From an uncultured Thermotogae bacterium (lineage in GTDB: Bacteria; Bipolaricaulota; Bipolaricaulia; UBA7950; UBA9294), in contig CAZKPU010000002.1 in NCBI GenBank assembly GCA_964554715.1, positions 1 to 61,953 of the forward strand: a DNA stretch of 61,953 bases, written 5' to 3'. Shown here in pieces: positions 38,840-47,800 of the stretch. The notes under the pieces are model-generated. The model had not been told where the DNA came from. It saw nothing but the letters and a program-made list of their open reading frames with translations, and did not search any database. The translations under genes and the position numbers were made by a program. The first letter of the stretch is position 1, and the number at the start of each line of letters is the position of its first letter.

Positions 38840-40972
38840 ATGGCAACAGCGATCGGAATCGACATAGGCGGAACGTTCGTCGACGTGGTGGTGTTGCTGG
38901 AGGACGGCAGGATTAAACGGTACAAGTTTCCGTCCACGCCGAACGCTCCCGCGCAGGGGGTTCTGCTGGGGCTGGAGCAACTCTGCAACCGTGAAATCGG
39001 AGCGGTTTCGGCGATGGATGTCGTGCGTGTCTCGCACGGTTCGACGGTGGCAACGAACGCTCTCCTCGAGGGACAATGGGCGCGCACAGGGCTCGTCACC
39101 ACCGAAGGGTTCCGAGACGTTCTCGAGATCGGGCGACAGAATCGATCTTCGCTTTACGATTTGGATGTATCCCGCCCACAGCCGATTGCTGCGCGCAACC
39201 TGCGGCTTGAAGTCCGCGAGCGCGTAGCGTCTGACGGAACGGTGCTAACGGCTTTGGATGAGGCATCTCTTGAAGCTGTTGTGCGCACTCTGCGTGAAGG
39301 CGGCGTCGAATCGGTGGCCGTTTGCCTGCTGTTTTCGTATGCCGCGCCCGCGCACGAGCGAAGGATCGGAGACGTATTGCGTTCATCGCTCGAAGGGGTG
39401 CCGGTGACGCTGTCGTCGCAGTTGCTTCCGGAGTTCCGGGAGTATGAGCGAACCTCAACCACCGTCACCAACGCTGCGTTGGTTCCACGAGTGCACGACT
39501 ACTTGGAGGAATTGCACACGCGGAGTCAACGAATGGGGATCCGATGTCCGTGGCAGATCATGCAATCAAGCGGCACGGTAACGAGCGTCTCACGTGCATC
39601 CGAGCAACCGGCAAGGCTGCTTCTCTCCGGCCCGGCAGGCGGGGTCGAGGGAGCGACCCGGATCGGGCGGGTCACGGGGATCGAGGATCTGATCGCTTTC
39701 GATATGGGGGGAACAAGCTGCGACGTTTCGCTCGTCCGCGGGGGAGAGGCGGCGTACACGATCGAGGCGGCGATCGGCGGATACCGCGTGGCTCTTCCGA
39801 TGGTTGACATCCATACGATCGGGGCAGGCGGGGGCAGCATCGCTTGGGTCGATGAAGGTGGATCGTTGCGGATCGGGCCTCAGAGTGCGGGAGCGGATCC
39901 GGGACCGGCGTGCTACGGAGCGGGTGGGATCGAGCCGACCGTCACCGACGCCCACCTTGTCCTTGGGCATCTTCACCCCGACTACCCTCTCGGGGGACTC
40001 TCTCGGCTGGATGTGGAGTCGGCGGCGTCGTCGATAGGTCGGCTTGCGAAACGCCTTGATCTATCCACGGAAAGAACAGCTCTGGGGATCCTCGAGGTGG
40101 CCGACGCGGCGATGGAAGGAGCCATCCGCGTGATCTCGGTGGAGCGCGGTCATGATCCACGGGATTTTGCGATCGTGGCCTTCGGTGGTGCGGGACCTCT
40201 CCACGCGACAAGTCTTGCCGATCGCTTGGGGGTCGAGCGGGTGATCATTCCATCGATGGCAGGCGTGCTGTCGGCGTACGGTCTGCTGGTCGGAAAGACG
40301 GGCTACGATCTTAGTCAGGGGATCGTGTCGCCACTGCATGCCTGTGACCAGCGGCTGGCTTCGGAAGCGTCGCGGCTGCTCTCGGAAGCTCGGGCGCGGC
40401 TTCTGGAGGACGAACCGGAGTGCCGAAGGATGGAGTTCGAAGTGCTGGGAGACCTCCGCTATATCGGTCAGGCTCACGAGCTTTCTTTGCGGCTTGCAAG
40501 CGGCACGGAAGGAGATGTGCGCGCGAGACTCCCGGAACTTGCGGCGAGAGCTGAGCGTGGATTCCACCAAGCCCATCGCGATCGATACGGGTACGACGCT
40601 TCGGAACGGTCGGTCGAGATCGTCTCTCTGCGCGTTCGCGTGATCGCGTGCGGAGAGGAGACGCCCGACCATGGATCGGCGTTTCTCTCTCGCGAGGCGA
40701 TTCGTAGCCTTCCTGTTCTGGATCGAGTCGAAACGCCAACGGTGGCAACCGGACTCGCCTGCTTCGGCACGGGCCGCGAACCGATTCAGATGGATACGCC
40801 GTTCGTGAAGCGTTCCGGGGTTCCACGCGATCGCAGGATGGCGGGACCGGTGGTGCTACTGAGTGACGACGCAACGACGGTTGTGCCGCCGGGCTGGGAA
40901 GCTGTGGAGGACTGCAGCGGGAACCTGGTACTTCTCCGGTGCGGCGGCCAACAGGAGGACACCTCGGCATGA
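38840..40972 (+). CDS. hydantoinase/5-oxoprolinase subunit A
   Basis: GIDIGGTFVD, HGSTVATNALLE, SGPAGG, DMGGTSCDV, FGGAGPLH. Confidence 0.93.
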   Translation: MATAIGIDIGGTFVDVVVLLEDGRIKRYKFPSTPNAPAQGVLLGLEQLCNREIGAVSAMDVVRVSHGSTVATNALLEGQWARTGLVTTEGFRDVLEIGRQNRSSLYDLDVSRPQPIAARNLRLEVRERVASDGTVLTALDEASLEAVVRTLREGGVESVAVCLLFSYAAPAHERRIGDVLRSSLEGVPVTLSSQLLPEFREYERTSTTVTNAALVPRVHDYLEELHTRSQRMGIRCPWQIMQSSGTVTSVSRASEQPARLLLSGPAGGVEGATRIGRVTGIEDLIAFDMGGTSCDVSLVRGGEAAYTIEAAIGGYRVALPMVDIHTIGAGGGSIAWVDEGGSLRIGPQSAGADPGPACYGAGGIEPTVTDAHLVLGHLHPDYPLGGLSRLDVESAASSIGRLAKRLDLSTERTALGILEVADAAMEGAIRVISVERGHDPRDFAIVAFGGAGPLHATSLADRLGVERVIIPSMAGVLSAYGLLVGKTGYDLSQGIVSPLHACDQRLASEASRLLSEARARLLEDEPECRRMEFEVLGDLRYIGQAHELSLRLASGTEGDVRARLPELAARAERGFHQAHRDRYGYDASERSVEIVSLRVRVIACGEETPDHGSAFLSREAIRSLPVLDRVETPTVATGLACFGTGREPIQMDTPFVKRSGVPRDRRMAGPVVLLSDDATTVVPPGWEAVEDCSGNLVLLRCGGQQEDTSA

Positions 40973-42669
40973 TCTCCAGATCCGATCCATCCCGGAAGAT
41001 CGATCCGATTACCCTTGAAGTCATCCGTCATGCGTTGGCAGCAGCGGCCGAAGAGATGAACGTCAACCTGATCCGCACTGCGTACAGTCCCAACATCAAA
41101 GAGCGGCGGGACTGCTCCTGTGCGTTGTTCGATGCCGGCGGCCGGCTTGTTGCGCAGGCGGAATCGATTCCGGTCCACCTTGGAGCGATGCCGTACTCCG
41201 TTGCCGCGGTTCGCGAGACGATTCGTGATCTTGCCGAAGGAGACGTTGCTATCATCAATGATCCGTTTGCCGGCGGGGCGCATCTGCCTGACGTGACGTT
41301 TGTCGCTCCTGTGTTCTTCGGAGGAGGGATCCTCGGATACGCGGCGTCTCGGGCTCATCATGCGGACATCGGTGGGAAGAATCCGGGTAGCGTTGCCGGG
41401 GATGCTACCGAGATTTTCCAGGAGGGACTGCGGATTCCGCCGATCCGTTTGTGGGTTCGGGGCAAGCTGCGAAGCGATGTCATGAACCTCGTACTTGCGA
41501 ACGTGCGGACCCCGGAGGAGCGAGAGGGCGATCTGCAGGCGCAGTATGCCGCTTGTGTGACCGGGATCCGGAGGATGACGTCGCTGGCGTCGCGGCATGG
41601 AGCTTCGCGCCTCGTTCGCGCGATGAGCGCCGTGCAGGAGTACTCGGAGCGGAGGATGCGCGGGCCGCTCCGCCGGATCCCCGACGGGCACGCGTCGTTT
41701 GAGGACGTTCTCGATGAGGATGGAGCCGGCAGTCGGAGCATCCGCATCGCTGTGCATGTCGCCATTGAAGGGGACCGTGTCTCGGTCGACTTTCGCGGAT
41801 CGAGCCCGCAAGTCGGGGGACCGATCAACGCCGTCGAAGCCGTCACAGCATCGGCCGTGTACTACGTTCTTCGCGCTGTGACCGATCCGTCGATTCCTCC
41901 GAACGATGGATGTTACCGGATGCTGGAGATCGATGCGCCCCGCGGATCGATCGTGAATGCGCTTCCTCCGGCAGCTGTCGTAGGCGGGAACTTGGAGACG
42001 TCTCAGCGGATCGTCGACTGTTTGCTGGGGGCGTTTCACAAGCTATGCCCGGAAAGAACGATGGCTGCTTGTCAGGGCACGATGAACAACGTGACGATCG
42101 GCGGGACGGATCCGCGAACCGGGAACGCCTACGCACTCTACGAGACGATTGCCGGCGGCATGGGCGGACGCCCGAATGCTGACGGAATTGACGGAATCCA
42201 CACGCATATGACCAACACGCTGAACACACCGGTCGAGGCGTTGGAGATCTCTTACCCGTTGCGTGTTGTCAGATATGAGTTGATTGCGGATAGTGGAGGG
42301 GACGGCATGTATCGTGGGGGGATGGGAGTACGGCGGGATCTGATGTCGATCGATCATACGGCAAGCGTGTCCTTGTTGACCGATCGGCGGACGACCGAAC
42401 CGTACGGGATGGATGGCGGACGGAACGGAGCGTGCGGCGAGAACGTCTTGATCGACAACGACAAGAGGGAGAGCCGGCTTCCCGGCAAAGCGGTCTTGAA
42501 GCTTCATCCCGGGGAGGTTCTCAGCATCCGCACTCCCGGAGGGGGAGGGTATGGGCTGTCCGAGGAGCGCGATTCGGCGTTGCGAAGGCGAGATCGTATC
42601 GAAACCCGAGTGACTGAGCAGCAGACAGGCTTGGAGCCGGGAATTGCTTCCGAAGGCTCGAAGTTGTGA
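40969..42669 (+). CDS. hydantoinase B/5-oxoprolinase subunit B
   Basis: SPNIKERRDCSCALFD, IPVHLG, NDPFAGGAHLPD, HADIGG, HMTNT, TPGGGGYG; ATGA overlap with subunit A. Confidence 0.93.
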   Translation: MISRSDPSRKIDPITLEVIRHALAAAAEEMNVNLIRTAYSPNIKERRDCSCALFDAGGRLVAQAESIPVHLGAMPYSVAAVRETIRDLAEGDVAIINDPFAGGAHLPDVTFVAPVFFGGGILGYAASRAHHADIGGKNPGSVAGDATEIFQEGLRIPPIRLWVRGKLRSDVMNLVLANVRTPEEREGDLQAQYAACVTGIRRMTSLASRHGASRLVRAMSAVQEYSERRMRGPLRRIPDGHASFEDVLDEDGAGSRSIRIAVHVAIEGDRVSVDFRGSSPQVGGPINAVEAVTASAVYYVLRAVTDPSIPPNDGCYRMLEIDAPRGSIVNALPPAAVVGGNLETSQRIVDCLLGAFHKLCPERTMAACQGTMNNVTIGGTDPRTGNAYALYETIAGGMGGRPNADGIDGIHTHMTNTLNTPVEALEISYPLRVVRYELIADSGGDGMYRGGMGVRRDLMSIDHTASVSLLTDRRTTEPYGMDGGRNGACGENVLIDNDKRESRLPGKAVLKLHPGEVLSIRTPGGGGYGLSEERDSALRRRDRIETRVTEQQTGLEPGIASEGSKL

Positions 42670-42681
42670 AAGGAGAGCCAG

Positions 42682-43995
42682 ATGAGCAGGGCAATCACAT
42701 GGACATCGCGAAGGGGTTTCGCGTGGGTGGTGGGACTGGGGGTGATCGGCTGTCTTGCTCTGGTTGGGATCGCCGCTGCTGCAGAGTCTCCCGTCTCGAT
42801 TGTCCGCCCCGAAGCTGAGGGGTTCCGCGTATCGGGGACAGCCGCGGAGCGCGTCTGGTGCGTGACGCAAGGAGACTACGTAGAGTGGATGTGGACCGGC
42901 CAAGAGGTCGACGAGAACCGGATCGAGCGGGCTGCCATCAACATCACGGCGTGGACCTCGGATCGGGTTCTGGGGGATGCAGGAGCGGATGTGGATGTCT
43001 TGATCTCGATTCGCTGTTTGGGCGGCAGCGTTGTCGAGTCGGGGGTCCTGCACCTCGTCAATACGTTTGAGCCGCAGGGAGCCGCTGCGCTGGAGGTCGA
43101 GCGATCGGCGTATGTGGCCCGGGGGGCGTACGTTCTCCGGAACCCGGGGGTGATCTCCCGGGGGTTCCGAGTGCGACTTGAGCCAGTGACGCCGACCACC
43201 GGGTCCGAGTCCATGACCGGGACCCGATCGAGTGCAGGCGTGTTCGCGGCGGAGAGTGGGGACGCAGGGTTGGCGTATCGCGTCTCCGAGAGCGTTGGCG
43301 GGTTGGCGGAGATCCTCGCTGATCCACAGGCGTACGAGGGAAGAAGTGTGCGGCTTGATGGAGCCTTCTACGGGGCCGTTACCGAACTCGTGGACGGCGT
43401 TCCCCCTGAGTGCACGTTTGGCGGTTGTGACTTCTGGGTCTTCGGGGTCGATGGTTGGTACGTCTATGTGATCGGATCGCTCCCGGCGGGTCTGGACGCG
43501 GCGGTGCCCGGCGATCTGGGAGCAAGTGTGACGATCGAGGGAACCGTTCGCGTGCAGCTCAGCAGAGCGGCTTGTCCATACGCCTACGTGGATCTGGTCT
43601 CGGCGATCCCCGGTGAAGCGGCGTTCGACCTTCGCATCGTCGGCATAGGCACGGCAGACGGTCAAGAGGTCGTGCTTCCGTCGGGCGCCACGTTGGCGAT
43701 CGACCTGCCCTCGAACCCCACGACGGGATACCGATGGGAGGTTGAGTCGCTGGAGCCTGAAGGGGTCGCTTCCATCGCGGGCAACGGATCGGGCTTTGAC
43801 GTCCCGGATCCCGCGGATCGTGACCGTGTTGGCGTGGGGGGCATCCAGCGGTTCGTCGTCCTCGGCGAAGGCGTAGGAGATGCGGTTCTACAGCTGGTCT
43901 ACCGACACGCATCGGGGGACGCAGCGTCCGACGGATTCCAGCTAACGATCCATGTTGTCGCCCCGTCCGTCCTGATCAGACCGGACGAATCGTAG
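42682..43995 (+). CDS. secreted multidomain protein with C-terminal chagasin/I42 protease-inhibitor-like domain
   Basis: signal peptide; LPSNPTTGYRW and GVGG-QRF...L-LVYR motifs. Confidence 0.75.
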   Translation: MSRAITWTSRRGFAWVVGLGVIGCLALVGIAAAAESPVSIVRPEAEGFRVSGTAAERVWCVTQGDYVEWMWTGQEVDENRIERAAINITAWTSDRVLGDAGADVDVLISIRCLGGSVVESGVLHLVNTFEPQGAAALEVERSAYVARGAYVLRNPGVISRGFRVRLEPVTPTTGSESMTGTRSSAGVFAAESGDAGLAYRVSESVGGLAEILADPQAYEGRSVRLDGAFYGAVTELVDGVPPECTFGGCDFWVFGVDGWYVYVIGSLPAGLDAAVPGDLGASVTIEGTVRVQLSRAACPYAYVDLVSAIPGEAAFDLRIVGIGTADGQEVVLPSGATLAIDLPSNPTTGYRWEVESLEPEGVASIAGNGSGFDVPDPADRDRVGVGGIQRFVVLGEGVGDAVLQLVYRHASGDAASDGFQLTIHVVAPSVLIRPDES

Positions 43996-44045
43996 CCGGA
44001 AAGGGTGCGGTCTCCGTCCGACGGCATGGGGCCCGGCACCGACGA

Positions 44046-44513
44046 CTAGGGTTCCGGCTCTACCGGTGCGACAAGATCGGCGGTCCACTCGAAGGTATGG
44101 GGAGTCCCGTCGTTCCATTGTGTTCCTGTTCCCGTGATTTGCGAGTTGTCGACTTCGCCGTCCAGAGCGATCTGGACAAGAAGCGACGGCGTGACCAGAT
44201 CCATCGTTCCGCTTGCGTCGAGAGAGAAGTCTCGGCTTCCGACAACACCGTCATTGATTACGATGGCAAACGATTGGCCACCGGGGCCGGGCAGTCGCAC
44301 TTCCCCTTGGAGAGACGAGCCGTCCTGAGTAAGCACCATGGAGAACGGACTCCACAAGCCGTTTGCGTCCCACGTAATCCGTCCGGACCAAGTCCCTCCC
44401 ACCTCCGCCGGAGGAGACAAGACGCTGCATCCGGCAAACAGAACGGAACACAGAACACATCCGCACAACGCGGTCACCCGGTAGGCTCTCCTCTTACCAC
44501 AATTCCACATCAT
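44046..44513 (-). CDS. putative lipoprotein, beta-rich
   Basis: lipobox LFAGC, GGTWSG strand start, SD GAGGGG. Confidence 0.75.
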   Translation of the reverse strand: MMWNCGKRRAYRVTALCGCVLCSVLFAGCSVLSPPAEVGGTWSGRITWDANGLWSPFSMVLTQDGSSLQGEVRLPGPGGQSFAIVINDGVVGSRDFSLDASGTMDLVTPSLLVQIALDGEVDNSQITGTGTQWNDGTPHTFEWTADLVAPVEPEP

Positions 44514-44877
44514 GTCCCCCTCTTCGAGACTGCAAGGATGATTCTGGTGAGCCGAGCCGTCTGCAGCAAGGGAAAGTGACCCCCGTACATTGGGTCCGAT
44601 GTCTCAAACTCACTGCGAACTTGCCCTCGTGGAACGAAACGTCATAGGGTCATCGTGTGTAACTGTGATGTCTGCAGCGGACGGTCGTCGAAAGGGATCA
44701 CCCACTGCGAGGGCCGCCGGCGGATTCCGATCTCCTCACGGTTCCTCTGGTGGTGCTGGCGTGACGGGTCCCGGGAACAGGGAGTTCCGGACGGATCGCT
44801 CCGGCCTTCGACCTAGATCCGGCTGTGTGGTGCATCCTTGAGCGATCGTGTAAGGATGCTTGGCAAAGGAGGTTGAC

Positions 44878-47800
44878 GTGAGATCGGCAAGGTTGCTCTT
44901 TCTGGTTGGACTCGTCTTGGTGGGTGCCTTCGCGGGAGCCACGTGGGCGCAGAGCTCCACCGAGATACCGGTTTTGGCGAATGTTGTGCAACTCGCGCAA
45001 GCTTCGGCTACGGCCGCAGCTGCTGCGGCGGCCGAAGCGGAGGCGATCGAGGAGGAAGCCCGCCTTCTGCTTGCAGAGCTGGATTGGGAAGATGTGTTGA
45101 CGGAGGCGGCGGAGGCTGTCAGCGAAGCGCAGGCTGCCGCGATGTCGGTTGCAGCGGCGGAGGCCGAGGTCGAAGCGACAGCTGCCAGTCATGCCGAAGC
45201 CTGCAGTGAGGCGTTGGCGTCGGCGCAGGCGAGCGCCACGGCGGTCGAATCGGTCTACGCTTGGGCACAAGCTCGAGCGGACGCGTTTGCTGCCGCGTGC
45301 GCCGATGCGCGAGCCCGTGCTGAGGCAAGTGCCTCCGCGTGCGCAGTAGCGATTGCGGAAGCGGAGGCGACAGCGGACGCGTTTGCACTGGCGTGTGCGG
45401 AAGCCGTCGCGCATGCGGGAGCGTCGGCGTCGGCGTGTGCGTCCGCGAGGGCTGAGGCGGAAGCATCCGTTGAAGCGATGGCGCTAGCGATTGCAGCAGC
45501 TGCTGCGGAGGCACAAGCGAGTGTTTCGGCGTGTGTATCTGTTGAGGCGTCGGTGGCGAGCTACGCGGAAGCGATCGCGGAGGCGATGGCGGAAGCGATC
45601 GCCATGGCGGAAGTTCGAGTGACAGCGGCGGCTGCCGCGTATGCCAGCGCCAGCGCCGAGGTGGAAGTCTGCGCGGAGCTTGCCGCAACTGCCGAAGTCC
45701 GCGCCACGGCTGTGGCCCAAGCCGCTGCTCAGGCGGCCGCCTACGCAGCGGCCACGGCATCGGCGTACTCCCAAGCGCAGAGCATCGCTCAAGTCGTTGG
45801 ACAGAATATCGCGCAGGAAGTTCCCTGCGGAGTCGTCGTTGGTGAAGTCCGAGGTGTTGTACAGGCGATCGCGACAGCGGTTGCCGAAGCGGATGCTGCG
45901 GCGCAAGCCGCGGCGCAAGCGGCCGGACTGGCTCAAGCGACGGCCTCAGCGCAGGCGGAGGCGGCTGCGTCTGCCTATGCGAGAGCGGTCGCCGAAGCCG
46001 ATGCATGCGCGGTGGCCTACGCAGAAGCACGGGCAGCCGCTCAAGCGATCGCTCGGGCGAGCGCCTCTGCAGAGGCGGAGGCGTTTGCGGCAGCGGAGGC
46101 GGTAGCGGAGGCCCGAGCGGAAGCGGTCGCGTACGCTCAAGCGATTGCGTTTGCGGCGGCGCGAGCGGAGGCGGCCGCGGAAGCGGCGGCAGAAGCGATC
46201 GCCATCGCCGAGAGCGATGCAAGAGCGCAGGCGACGTCGGCTGCTTCGGCGTGTGCGATGGCATCTGCACATGCAGAAGCGATGGCGCGAGCGATGGCCG
46301 GAGCGAAGGCTACCGCAGAAGCGAGTGCTGCGGCGATCGCCAGCTCGTGCGCGGAAGCATCTGCACACGCAGAGGCAATGGCGTCGGCGGTTGCTCAGGC
46401 GAGAGCCACGGCTCGCGCTGCGGCGACGGCTGCGGCGACGGCCTGCGCGGAAGCGGATGCGTCGGCGAGAGCATGGGCGGCAGCGTATGCCACGGCCAGT
46501 GCTCGTGCCGCTGCAGCTGCGAGTGCGTCGGCAAGTGCATTTGCAAGGGCTCAAGCTGCGGCTTCTACGATGAGTGATGCAGTGTCATCCGCAGTGGCCA
46601 GGGTTTCGATCCAAGCGGCTGCGTGTGCAGCGGCGTCCGCGGAGGCGCAGGCAGCGGCGGCTAGCTGTGCCAGCGCCGCCGGCACAGCGAGTGCGTCGGC
46701 GGAGAGTGAGGCATCGGCCGCTGGAACGGGCTTTGCCTACGAGCAGGCGTATGCGGCGGCCGTAGCGACAAGCTCGGCGGATGCGTTCGCGTATGCTCAG
46801 GCGGCTGCTGCGGCTGCCGCGCGAGCGCAAGCGGCTGCGCATGCGGCTGCGGAGGCTTACGCGGAGGCCCAAGCCGCTGCGACCAGTGGAGTGCAGGCGA
46901 TCTGCGAGGCCACGGCCACGGCACAGGCCGAAGCGCGGGCGTGTGTCTCAGTCTACGCGGATGTGTCGGCCGAGGCCGCAGTCTATGCAGCGGCGGTGGC
47001 ACAAGCGATGAGTGAAGCCCAGGCCGCCGCGGTTGCAGCAGCGAAGGCCGAAGCGGAAGCTCAGGCCGAAGTGGCCGTTGCGGTCGATGCGATGGCTGCG
47101 GCGCAGGCGGAAGCCGAAGCCTATGCTCATGCGGCGGCGCTTGCGCAGGCTGAGGCGGCGGCACAGGTCGGTGTTGGCGTGGAAGCGATCGCCGTTGCGC
47201 ATGCCGATGCGTATGCAGCGGCCCTCGCGGGAGCTCGCGCGGCCGCGTCTGCGGAGGCCGAAGGGGCCGTTGCTGCGCAAGCGGCAGCAGCGGCGTACGC
47301 TGATGCCGTCGCCAATGCGTTTGCGGCGGCTCGTGCAGAGGCATCCGCTCACGTGCGGGCGTTCACTGCGGTGAGGGTGTTGGCGTCGGCTCAAGCGGAG
47401 GCGCTGGCATCGGCTGAGGCGTTGGCCGTGGCGTTCGCTGCGGCATCAGCGTCGGCCCAGGCGGCAGCGCAGGCATCGGTTCGAGCGACGGTGTCAGCCG
47501 AAGCGTGTGCATCCGCTCTCGCGCAGGCCTTCGCGATGGCGAATGCGGCTGCAAGTGCCCAGGCTACCGCGGAAACCTCTGTTGAGGTTGTTCCGGAGAT
47601 CGAACTGTCGATCCGTTCGTTCATCGATCCGGAGTGCTTGCTGCCCGTTTGCGAGCGGGAGATTCCTACGATCTGTCCCGCCTGCGATTCGTGCTGTCCA
47701 GAACCGCAAGAGAGACCTGATGACGTCATCCCGACACCGGGGTGTCCGGAAACGGTCTCTCTCACCTGGGAGATCGGAGAGGTCCCGAGCGGCATGTTCT

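Noticed and set aside
42043-43665. 540-aa minus-strand ORF across hydantoinase B and the secreted protein
   Set aside because: Antisense shadow spanning two well-supported plus-strand genes.
45157-47580. CRISPR array or microsatellite artefact
   Set aside because: No fixed repeat-spacer structure; synonymous codons vary freely, so the repeat is maintained at the protein level.
44900-47800. Many overlapping Arg/Pro/Leu-rich ORFs in other frames of the Ala-rich region
   Set aside because: Automatic consequence of repeated GCN codons; only the frame with the SD, signal peptide and folded C-terminus is credible.
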